DNA of 32,000 nucleotides from Pseudomonas aeruginosa (GTDB lineage Bacteria; Pseudomonadota; Gammaproteobacteria; Pseudomonadales; Pseudomonadaceae): NCBI RefSeq assembly GCF_001457615.1, contig NZ_LN831024.1, positions 5,640,001 to 5,672,000 of the forward strand, read 5' to 3'. Shown piece by piece: positions 1 to 7,434 of this stretch (position 1 is its first letter; each line of letters starts with the position of its first letter). The notes under the pieces were generated by a model. It saw only the letters and a program-made list of their open reading frames with translations, ran no database searches and was not told where the DNA came from. The position numbers and the translations under genes were made by a program.

Positions 1-1381
1 GTCCCTGCGGCTGCCGGCGACGAACCACGTAATAGGCCAGGTAGCAGGCGGCGATGAAGCCGAAGCCCCAGTACAAGGACGGCCGCTGGGTGGGATCGAG
101 GGCGAGGAAGACGAACAGCGAGCAGCACACGGCGATGCAGGCCAACGGCACCAGCGGGAACAGCGGCGCGGCATATTTCAGCTCGGCGACCGTGCCGCCG
201 CTGGCCATGTACTCGCGGCGGAAGCGGTATTGGGCGTAGGCGATGACGATCCAGGTGACGGTGCCGGACATCCCGCTCACCGCCATCAGCACCATGAACA
301 GGGTGTCGGCGGCGACCACGCTGGTCAGCAACGAGAGCAGGGCGAAGCACAGGGTGATCAGCAACGCGTAGAGCGGCACGCCGCGCGCGCTGAGCTTCGA
401 CAGGCCGCGCGGGGCCATGCCGGTCCTGGACATCGCCCAGAGGATCCGCGTCGAGGCGTACAGGCCCGAGTTGCCTACCGAGAGGATGGCGGTGAGGATG
501 ACGAAGTTCATCAGGTCCGCCGCGTAGGGAATCCCGACCATGTCGAACACCTGCACGAACGGGCTTTCCATCAGCCCGGCCTGTTGCCAGGGAATGATGG
601 CGGAAAGCACGACGATGGCCAGCACGTAGAAGATCAGTACGCGGAACACCACGTTGCGCACCGCCCGCGGGATGCTCTTCTCCGGTCGCTCGGTCTCGCC
701 GGCGGCGACGCCCATGATCTCGCAACCCTGGAAGGCATAGACCACCGTCATCATCACCGCGAACACCGCCGACAGGCCGTTGGGGAACAGCCGCTCGCCG
801 ACCAGGTTGGAGAACATCGGCGCCGGCGCACCGCTCTTCAGTTCGATACCGCCGAAGATCACCAGCCCCCCGACCACGATGAACACCAGGATCGCCGCCA
901 CCTTGATCCCGGCGAACCAGTACTCGGCCTCGCCGAAGGCGCGGGTCGCCAGGGCATTGAGGGAGAACAGCACGACCACGAAGAAACCCGACCATAGCCA
1001 CACGGGCACCTCCGGGAACCAGCGGGTCATGAGCATCCCGGCCGCGGTGAATTCCAGGCCTACCGTGGAGGCCCAGCTCATCCAGTAGACCCAGCCGATC
1101 ATGAAGCCAGTCGCCGGGCCGATGAAACGCGTCGCGTGGGCCTGGAACGAACCGGAGACCGGCATCTGCACCGACAGCTCGCCGAGGCAGACCATCACCA
1201 GGTACATCAGCACCCCGGCCACCAGGTAGGCCAGCACCGCGCCGGCCGGGCCGCCCTGGTTGATGGTCACGCCGGAGCCCATGAACAGCCCGGTGCCGAT
1301 CACCCCGCCGAGGGACAGCATGAAGATGTGGCGGCTCGCCAGGGCCCGGGTGAGTTGCAGCCTTTCCTTGCCGTCAGCCAT
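1..1381 (-). CDS. APC-superfamily amino acid permease (LysP/AroP-like), N-terminal 460 codons; C-terminus lies beyond the left edge
   Basis: My own minus-strand translation from ATG 1381..1379 (GGAGG 6 nt upstream) reads MADGKERLQLTRALASRHIFMLSLGGVIGTGLFMGSGVTINQGGPAGAVLAYLVAGVLMYLVMVCLGELSVQMPVSGSFQAHATRFIGPATGFMIGWVYWMSW... The frame stays open to position 1 and shows many hydrophobic spans and the GGVIGTGLF / GELS permease signatures. It is absent from the ORF track because it runs off the window. The position matches PA4981 as I recall PAO1. Confidence 0.9.
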   Translation of the reverse strand, partial: MADGKERLQLTRALASRHIFMLSLGGVIGTGLFMGSGVTINQGGPAGAVLAYLVAGVLMYLVMVCLGELSVQMPVSGSFQAHATRFIGPATGFMIGWVYWMSWASTVGLEFTAAGMLMTRWFPEVPVWLWSGFFVVVLFSLNALATRAFGEAEYWFAGIKVAAILVFIVVGGLVIFGGIELKSGAPAPMFSNLVGERLFPNGLSAVFAVMMTVVYAFQGCEIMGVAAGETERPEKSIPRAVRNVVFRVLIFYVLAIVVLSAIIPWQQAGLMESPFVQVFDMVGIPYAADLMNFVILTAILSVGNSGLYASTRILWAMSRTGMAPRGLSKLSARGVPLYALLITLCFALLSLLTSVVAADTLFMVLMAVSGMSGTVTWIVIAYAQYRFRREYMASGGTVAELKYAAPLFPLVPLACIAVCCSLFVFLALDPTQRPSLYWGFGFIAACYLAYYVVRRRQPQG

Positions 1382-1564
1382 GGCGCACCTCCGGATGAGG
1401 GTACGCGCAGGGGTCTTCGAGATGGCTCATTATTCTTGTCTCCACTCTGTCAGAGGCCGTGTCTTGCGCACGGATGAGCGGATTATTGGCGGCGGATGTA
1501 AGACGCCGTTGAACGCGCGGATCGAAGATGTAAAAAGCTGTAAGGAAGTTGTTCGCCGCGCCGC

Positions 1565-3817
1565 TCAACCGGCCGCTGAGTCGGCTTCGCCGAGGAAGCC
1601 GGCGCGGCGCAGGGCCTCGGCGCCGTCGCGGCGCAGGCTACCCAGGCGTGCGCCCCAGGCCCGCGGGTCGACCCCGGCCGCGCCCAGGGCCTCGCGCTCC
1701 AGCTCGCCCAGGCCGGCGCCGAGCGCCACCAGGCCCATGGAGTGGCAGCTTCCGGACAGGCGATGGGCGATGTTCGCCGCCTCGGCCAGGTCCGCCTGGT
1801 CCAGGGCTTCGGCCAGCAGCGGCAACTGCTCGTCCAGGCTTCCCAGCAGGCTGCCCAGCAGTCCGGCGAGCTTGTGCCGCCCCAGCAGGCGGCGGTGGGT
1901 CTCGAGCATTTGCCGGTCCAGCGCGGCGTCCACCGCAAGCGCAGGCACGCTGGTGCCGACCTCGCCCAGCGCGCGGCGCAGCTCGTCCATCCGCAGGGGT
2001 TTGCCGAGCACCCCCTGCATGCCCGCGGCGAAGTACCGACGCACCATGTCCGGCTGGATGCTGGCGGTGAAGGCGAAGATCGGCGTGGCGCGGTTCAGGC
2101 CGTCGAGCTGCCGGCGAATCCCGGCGCAAAGCTCGAGGCCAGCCATCCCCGGCAGGTGCATGTCCAGCAGGATCAGGTCGAAGCGCCGCTGCCGGCACAA
2201 CGCCAGGGCCGGCCCCGCGTCCTCGGCCAGCATCACCCGGTGGCCGTCCCGCTCGAGCAGGCCCTGGGCCACCTCGCGGTTGAGCGCCACGTCCTCCACC
2301 AGCAGCACCTCCAGCGCAGACACCGATGCCGCCGGCGGCGTCGCGCCGGACAAGCTCGCCAGCGCCAGCTCGATCTCGAACCAGAACGTGCTGCCCTGGC
2401 CGACCCGGCTTTCCACGCCGATCCGCCCGCCCAGCGCTTCCACCAGCCGCTTGCTGATCGCCAGGCCCAGGCCGGTTCCGCCGTAACGGCGGGTCACGGC
2501 GTCGCCGCCCTGGGTGAAGCGTTCGAAGATGCGTTCGCGCATTTCCTCGGGAATGCCGATTCCATCGTCCGCGACGCTCAGCCGCAGTCGCTCGCTTCCT
2601 GCGCTGCGCACCAGCCGCTCGACGCGAACGCGCACCTCGCCGGCCTCGGTGAACTTCACCGCGTTGCCCAGCAGGTTGGTCAACACCTGGCGCAGGAACT
2701 GCTCGGCGCCGCGATGGCCGTCATGAACCTGCGGGTCCAGCCACAGGTCCAGCCGCGTGGCGTTCTCCCGCGCCCGCGGTTCGAGCAGGGTGAGGACGTC
2801 CTCGAGCAGGCTTCGCAAGGAAAAGTCCACCGCTTCCGGCACATCCGGCGCTTCCTCCAGCCGGGCGAAGTGGAGGACCTCGTTGAGGATCGCCAGCAGT
2901 CCCTCCCCCGCTGTCGCCAGTGCCCGCAGGCGCTGGCGGTCACGCTCGCCGAGCGATGCCTCGCGCAGCAGCTCGGCCATGCCCAGGATGCCGTTCAGCG
3001 GGGTACGAATCTCATGGCTCATGGTCGCGAGGAAACGGCTCTTCGCCCGGTCGGCGGCTTCCGCCTGGTCCTTCGCCCGACGCAGGCTGGCGGTGCGTCG
3101 CTCGACCTGTCGGCGCAACTCGTCGCGATCGGCATCGCGCCGGCGGCGGTCGGTGCGCAGGGCCTGGCGCATGTCTTCCAGGGCGGCGGCGACGGCGTCG
3201 ATCTCATCGCGCTCGCGGTCCACCTTGTCCAGTCGCAGCGGCTGTTGCAGGTCGCCTTCGGCGATATGCCCGGCGAACTCGGACATGCGCCACAGATGGC
3301 GAGTGACCAGGCTGTGGAACAGCCAACTGAGGGCCACCGCCAGGCCGCAAAGGAAACTGCCCATCCACAAGAGGCTGGCCAGGCCGCCGGAAACCAGCCG
3401 GCGATAGACCGCCGCCAGGTCGATGGCGATCTCCAGCTCGCCCAGTTGCCGACGCTCGCCCCCCGGCGGCTGGTAGCTCAAGGGAAAGCGCTCGACCCGC
3501 AGCATGCCGCGTGGACGCTGGTCGCCCTGCAACAGGTTGAAGTCGGCGCTTTGCAGGCTGACACGGGCGATGTCGGGGAAATCCCCGAGGCCGCGCAACT
3601 GCACGTTCAACTGCTCCTGGTTGAGATCCCACAGGCTGCGCTCGAAGCTGGCCAGGTAGCCGCTGCGGATCAGTTCCAGGCGCGCCTCGATCTCGCGCAT
3701 TTCGCGGCGGTATTCGAAGAACAGCTGCACGGCGCCGGCGAGGACGGTGAAACACAGGCTGAACAGCAGCACCCGCCACAGCAGGCGCCGCGCCAACACT
3801 CCGCCGTGGCCGCTCAC
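1565..3817 (-). CDS. aruS: Unorthodox hybrid sensor histidine kinase (2 TM - HAMP - HisKA - HATPase - REC - HPt)
   Basis: C-terminal 750 codons of the 1208-aa track ORF. Motifs: TM1 LLWRVLLFSLCFTVLAGAVQLFF, TM2 LASLLWMGSFLCGLAVALSWLF, H-box SHEIRTPLNG, N/G boxes LGNAVKFT / DDGIGI / GGTGLGLAIS, receiver LLVEDV...DLILLDMHLPGMAG, HPt AHRLSGSCHSMG. The proposed start is GTG 3817..3815, overlapping the upstream stop (GTGA); a GTG 18 nt downstream is an alternative. The symbol comes from recalled synteny (PA4982) and was not verified. Confidence 0.8.
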   Translation of the reverse strand: MSGHGGVLARRLLWRVLLFSLCFTVLAGAVQLFFEYRREMREIEARLELIRSGYLASFERSLWDLNQEQLNVQLRGLGDFPDIARVSLQSADFNLLQGDQRPRGMLRVERFPLSYQPPGGERRQLGELEIAIDLAAVYRRLVSGGLASLLWMGSFLCGLAVALSWLFHSLVTRHLWRMSEFAGHIAEGDLQQPLRLDKVDRERDEIDAVAAALEDMRQALRTDRRRRDADRDELRRQVERRTASLRRAKDQAEAADRAKSRFLATMSHEIRTPLNGILGMAELLREASLGERDRQRLRALATAGEGLLAILNEVLHFARLEEAPDVPEAVDFSLRSLLEDVLTLLEPRARENATRLDLWLDPQVHDGHRGAEQFLRQVLTNLLGNAVKFTEAGEVRVRVERLVRSAGSERLRLSVADDGIGIPEEMRERIFERFTQGGDAVTRRYGGTGLGLAISKRLVEALGGRIGVESRVGQGSTFWFEIELALASLSGATPPAASVSALEVLLVEDVALNREVAQGLLERDGHRVMLAEDAGPALALCRQRRFDLILLDMHLPGMAGLELCAGIRRQLDGLNRATPIFAFTASIQPDMVRRYFAAGMQGVLGKPLRMDELRRALGEVGTSVPALAVDAALDRQMLETHRRLLGRHKLAGLLGSLLGSLDEQLPLLAEALDQADLAEAANIAHRLSGSCHSMGLVALGAGLGELEREALGAAGVDPRAWGARLGSLRRDGAEALRRAGFLGEADSAAG

Positions 3818-4590
3818 CAGGCGTCCGCGCGGTTGCCGGCGAGGCGCCGATAGTCGCGCACGCTGTCGTCCAGCCAACGCTGGATGCTGCCGTCGTCGCG
3901 ATAGCCACGCAGGGCCCGGTCGATCTCGTCCATCTTCGCCGCCAGCGGCGAGTGCCGCGAGACCGCCACCCGCAGGTAGTCCACCGTCAGCGGTTCGGGC
4001 AGCGCACGGATGTTCTCGCCGCCGGCCAGGCGCTCGGCGAACAGCGTGCCGGTGCGGCGTTCGTGGGCGATGTAGTCGATGCGCTGGCGCACCAGCTTGC
4101 CGAAGTTCTGTCGGCTGTCGGAAACCCATTCGACGTTGCCGTGGCGGCCGACGAAGCGGTCGAAGTCCGCCCCGTAGCTTTCGCCGAACAACAGCCCGCC
4201 GCGATAGCCGGCGAGGTCGCCGAGGGATTGGATGCGCACCGGCCGCTGGCGGTTGTAGAAGATCGCCACCTCCTCGCGCAGCACCGGCTCGGCGGAAAAC
4301 GCCAGGTCGCGATCGCGCGCGGGCGTGCGGTAGGCCAGTATCAGGTCGACCCGTCCGGCGGCGGCGTCGAGCAGGCAGCGCCGCCAGTTGCCCAGCACCA
4401 CCACCTCGACCCGGTAGCCCAGCGCGCCGAACAGCCGCTTCACCAGCTCCGGCGCCAGCCCCCGGACCTGCTGGCCGTCGCTCCAGGAGATCGGCGGGTA
4501 TACCGGATAGTCGCAATAGCGGATGGTCTCCGCAGCCTGTGCCAGGCCGCCCAGCAGCCATCCGCAGAGCGCCAGCCAGCAGGCCTGCAT
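3814..4590 (-). CDS. Periplasmic solute-binding protein, family 3 (polar amino acid type), encoded between the regulator and the kinase
   Basis: 258-aa ORF with a signal peptide (MQACWLALCGWLLGGLAQA/AE). The body is SBP_bac_3-like (ISWSDG..., DLILAYRTPARD, GGLLFGESYGADFD). Its start lies 3 nt after the regulator stop and its stop overlaps the kinase GTG. Confidence 0.85.
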   Translation of the reverse strand: MQACWLALCGWLLGGLAQAAETIRYCDYPVYPPISWSDGQQVRGLAPELVKRLFGALGYRVEVVVLGNWRRCLLDAAAGRVDLILAYRTPARDRDLAFSAEPVLREEVAIFYNRQRPVRIQSLGDLAGYRGGLLFGESYGADFDRFVGRHGNVEWVSDSRQNFGKLVRQRIDYIAHERRTGTLFAERLAGGENIRALPEPLTVDYLRVAVSRHSPLAAKMDEIDRALRGYRDDGSIQRWLDDSVRDYRRLAGNRADAW

Positions 4591-4593
4591 GGC

Positions 4594-5331
4594 TCAGGCG
4601 TCGCTGGCCGCGGCGGTGAACAGGTAGCCGGCGCCGTGGATGGTGATGATCAGTTGCGGTTCGGCCGGGTCGTCGCGCAGCTTGCGACGCAGGCGGCCGA
4701 CCAACACGTCGATGGAGCGATCGCTGGGCAGCCACTCGCGGTTGCGGATCTGGTCCATCAACTGGTCGCGGCTCAGGGTATGCCCGCTGTTGCGCAGGAA
4801 AGCGCCGAGCAATTGGAATTCGCCATGGGTGAGCAGGGTTTCGTTGCCCGCGTGGTCGATCAGGCGGCGCCGGTCGGCGTCCAGCAGCCAGTCGCCGAAC
4901 TGCCTGAGGGCCTGCCGGGCGGGGCCGGCGCTGGCCTGGGCATGGCGCACCCGGCGGATCAGGTTCTTCGCCCGCGACACCAGTTCGCGCGGGTTCAGCG
5001 GCTTGATCACGTAATCGTCGGCGCCGCACTCCAGGCCGACGATGCGATCGATCTCGTCGTTGCGCCCGGTGATCAGGATGATCCCCACCTCGGAGCGCAC
5101 CCGCAGCTCGCGGGTCAGGGTCAGGCCGTCCTTGCCGGGCAGGCGGATGTCCAGCAGCACCAGCTCGACCGGCTGGCCGAGATGGGCGCACTCGGCAAGG
5201 CAGGCTTCCGCCTGCTCGGCGTTGCCGGCGCAGAGGACGTCATAGCCCTCCTCGCCGAGATAGGCCTGGAGAAGCTCACGAATCACCGGGTCGTCGTCGA
5301 CCACCAATACGCGCGGAACCATCGCCATCAC
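4594..5331 (-). CDS. aruR: OmpR/PhoB-family response regulator
   Basis: Receiver motifs VLVVDDD, LLDIRLPGKDG and DDYVIKPL. C-terminal winged helix LTHGEFQLLGAFLRNSGHTLSRDQL...IITIHGAGY. Three in-frame Met codons fall within the first 4 codons, so the start is uncertain by up to 9 nt. The symbol comes from recalled synteny (PA4983). Confidence 0.88.
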   Translation of the reverse strand: MMAMVPRVLVVDDDPVIRELLQAYLGEEGYDVLCAGNAEQAEACLAECAHLGQPVELVLLDIRLPGKDGLTLTRELRVRSEVGIILITGRNDEIDRIVGLECGADDYVIKPLNPRELVSRAKNLIRRVRHAQASAGPARQALRQFGDWLLDADRRRLIDHAGNETLLTHGEFQLLGAFLRNSGHTLSRDQLMDQIRNREWLPSDRSIDVLVGRLRRKLRDDPAEPQLIITIHGAGYLFTAAASDA

Positions 5332-5384
5332 CTTGCGCCTCCGGCGGGCCGGGGCGTTTCTTGTTCTGGGTTGTCGGACGGTGG

Positions 5385-5410
5385 GCGGAAGGGGCCGGGG
5401 CGCCTTCCGC
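5385..5410 (-). terminator. GC-rich hairpin downstream of the TetR gene (possible terminator/attenuator)
   Basis: gcggaagg (5385-5392) pairs with ccttccgc (5403-5410) around a 10-nt loop. No U-tract follows on the minus strand. Confidence 0.3.
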
Positions 5411-5445
5411 TGCCAGCAGCAGCCTATCCACTACTGAACGGACGA

Positions 5446-6093
5446 TCAACAAGCTTCCATCGCACGCCGGAAGCGGCGATGGGCGCCCGCCTCCAGGCCA
5501 TCCACCCAGGCCTCGCAAATCTGCACGCCCTGCCGCGGCGTGAAGGTCGCGGGATTCAGCCCAGACTCCAGCCACAGCCCGTCGAGCAGGGCGCTGAGGC
5601 TGATGGCCGCCAGTTCCGCGTCGAAGTCCGCCCAGCCGCCCTCCTCCGCCAGTTGCCGCAGCACGCCGACCAGCAGCGCCCGGTACTCGCCATAGGAATG
5701 GTCGTGGACCCGCCCGATCGCTTCGATGCTGCCCACCGCACCCCAGAACGCCAGCCAGGCGTCGAGCAATTGCGGATCGAGCAGCTCGGCGGAGAAGGAT
5801 GCCTCGAAGAACGCCGAGAGCCGCGGGCGGGCGCCGCCCGGCGCGGTGTCGATGGCACCGCGGAGCAGGCGCATGACGCGTCCGGTGACCGCCAGGTAGG
5901 CCTCGGCCACCAGCGCGTCCTTGCCATCGTAGTGGTGATTGATCAGGCCCACCGATACCCCGGCCTCGGCGCAGATCTTGCGCACCGAGGCGCCCTGGAA
6001 GCCATGCCGCTTCAGGCAGGCCAGGGTCGCCTCGATCAGCAGCGCCTTGCGCTGCTCTGGCTCCAGACGGGAAAAGCGCACTTCCTGGTTCAT
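5446..6093 (-). CDS. TetR-family (BetI-like) transcriptional regulator
   Basis: 215 aa with an N-terminal HTH (ASVRKICAEAGVSVGLINHHY) and an all-helical C-terminal ligand domain. Confidence 0.9.
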   Translation of the reverse strand: MNQEVRFSRLEPEQRKALLIEATLACLKRHGFQGASVRKICAEAGVSVGLINHHYDGKDALVAEAYLAVTGRVMRLLRGAIDTAPGGARPRLSAFFEASFSAELLDPQLLDAWLAFWGAVGSIEAIGRVHDHSYGEYRALLVGVLRQLAEEGGWADFDAELAAISLSALLDGLWLESGLNPATFTPRQGVQICEAWVDGLEAGAHRRFRRAMEAC

Positions 6094-6169
6094 CCTTTCG
6101 CGGCTCCTGCTCGTCGCCCGCGACCACCGGCGGGCAGCCCCGATGATCGCAGGTTACGTAGCGCCCGTC

Positions 6170-7261
6170 TCACTGGCTGGCCCAGGCGTTGAAGCGCTCC
6201 TCCAGCTCCTCGCCGTGCTCGACCCAGAATTCGTCGTCCATCGCCAGGCCCTGCTCCAGGTTCGCCGGCGCGGTCGGCACCCAGCTCGCCAGTTGCGCGG
6301 GCAGGCGCTGGGCGGCCTGGCGGTTGGTCGGCCCGTAGGGAATGTTCTCGACGTAGCGCACCTGGGCATCCGGGGCATTGGCGAAGGCGATGAAGCGACG
6401 CGCCTCGGCGCCGCGCTTCGAACCCTTGACCACCGCCCAGTAGTCCATGCCGTACAGGCTGCCCGGCCATACCAGGGCCAGGTTGCGCCCCGCGCGGTGG
6501 GCGTCGGCGATGCGCCCGGTGTAGGTGGACGTCATCACCACGTCGCCGGCGGCCAGCCACTGCGCCGGCTGCGCTCCCGCCTCCCACCACTGGATGTAGG
6601 GCTTGAGCTGGCCCAGCTTGGCGAAGGCACGGTCGGCACCGGCGCGGGTCGCCAGCAGCGGATAGACCTGCTCGCGTGGCACGCCGTCGGCGAGCAGGGC
6701 GAACTCCAGGTTGTAGATCGCCCGCTTGCGCAGGCCGCGCTTGCCGGGGAAGCGCTGGACGTCCCAGAAGTCGGCCCAGGACGCCGGCGGCTGTTGCAGC
6801 CGGTCGGCGTCGTAGCCGATCGCCACGCCCCAGACCAGCGCGGCGGAACCGCATTCCTGGGCGGCATTGGCGATCAACTGCTGCTTGCCGCCGATGGCCT
6901 GCCAGTCCAGACGCTCGAACAGGCCGTCGTCGCAACCGCGCGCCAGGTCCGGCCCCTCGACCTGGACCAGGTCCCAGTCGGCGTGACCGGTGTCGGCCAT
7001 CACCTTGATCCGGGCCATCTCGCCGTTGTACTCGCTCTGCACCACGGGAATCCCGGTCTGCTGCGTGAAGGGCTGGAAGAACGCCACCTCCTGGGCCTTC
7101 TGTCCGGCGCCGCCGTAGCCGACCACCACCAGGCCATCATCGGCCTGGACCGGCGCGAGGCCGCCGAACGCCAGCAGGACGGCGCCGAGCAGGACGCGGC
7201 AAGGAAAAACCGGATGCGGACGGGCGCTGGCCGCGCGGCGCAATGGAAAGGAACGGTTCAT
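6170..7261 (-). CDS. Periplasmic solute-binding protein, family 1 (PotD/PotF-like); no cognate ABC permease/ATPase in the window
   Basis: The track ORF runs 6170..7432, but I place the start at ATG 7261, giving MNRSFPLRRAASARPHPVFPCRVLLGAVLLAFGGLAPVQADD (signal peptide). A strong SD is present (AAGAGGAGACGCAC ATG). The upstream 57 codons lie in AT-rich promoter DNA. Confidence 0.85.
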   Translation of the reverse strand: MNRSFPLRRAASARPHPVFPCRVLLGAVLLAFGGLAPVQADDGLVVVGYGGAGQKAQEVAFFQPFTQQTGIPVVQSEYNGEMARIKVMADTGHADWDLVQVEGPDLARGCDDGLFERLDWQAIGGKQQLIANAAQECGSAALVWGVAIGYDADRLQQPPASWADFWDVQRFPGKRGLRKRAIYNLEFALLADGVPREQVYPLLATRAGADRAFAKLGQLKPYIQWWEAGAQPAQWLAAGDVVMTSTYTGRIADAHRAGRNLALVWPGSLYGMDYWAVVKGSKRGAEARRFIAFANAPDAQVRYVENIPYGPTNRQAAQRLPAQLASWVPTAPANLEQGLAMDDEFWVEHGEELEERFNAWASQ

Positions 7262-7434
7262 GTGCGTCTCCTCTTGTTCTTGTTGTGGAGTGGATCGCAG
7301 CGAGCCGCCGGGAAGCGGCCACGGGACAGAAACTATCCAGTCGATTTTAAAAAAACAAGTTGATTTTTTACTGATGGTAAATTCATATCCTGTTTCTGAA
7401 GCGCGCCGCGAGAACAACAAGAAGGACGCCAACC

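Noticed and set aside
1565-5191. 1208-aa minus-strand ORF in the track, suggesting one giant sensor protein
   Set aside because: Only the C-terminal 750 residues look like a real protein (TM, HAMP and kinase motifs). The N-terminal part is Arg/Pro/Gly/Ala-rich and lacks motifs. It runs out of frame across two ORFs with clear family signatures, the binding protein (3814-4590) and the response regulator (4594-5331).
1742-6192. Long plus-strand ORFs (1742-3853, 703 aa; 3952-6192, 746 aa; also 1260-2486 and 3747-4619)
   Set aside because: They are antisense to the kinase, binding-protein, regulator and TetR genes. Their compositions are dominated by Arg, Ala, Gly, Pro, Gln and His, with no recognisable motifs. 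Stop-free antisense frames like these are typical of high-GC DNA.
6170-7432. 420-aa version of the PotD-like binding protein; likewise the 393-aa (8877-10058), 560-aa (10107-11789) and 505-aa (20897-22414) extended ORFs
   Set aside because: The upstream extensions overlap neighbouring genes or AT-rich promoter DNA. Each has an internal start with a good SD and a sensible N-terminus (a signal peptide, or the MNRTLY / MKLSMPRF termini expected for WaaA and HldE).
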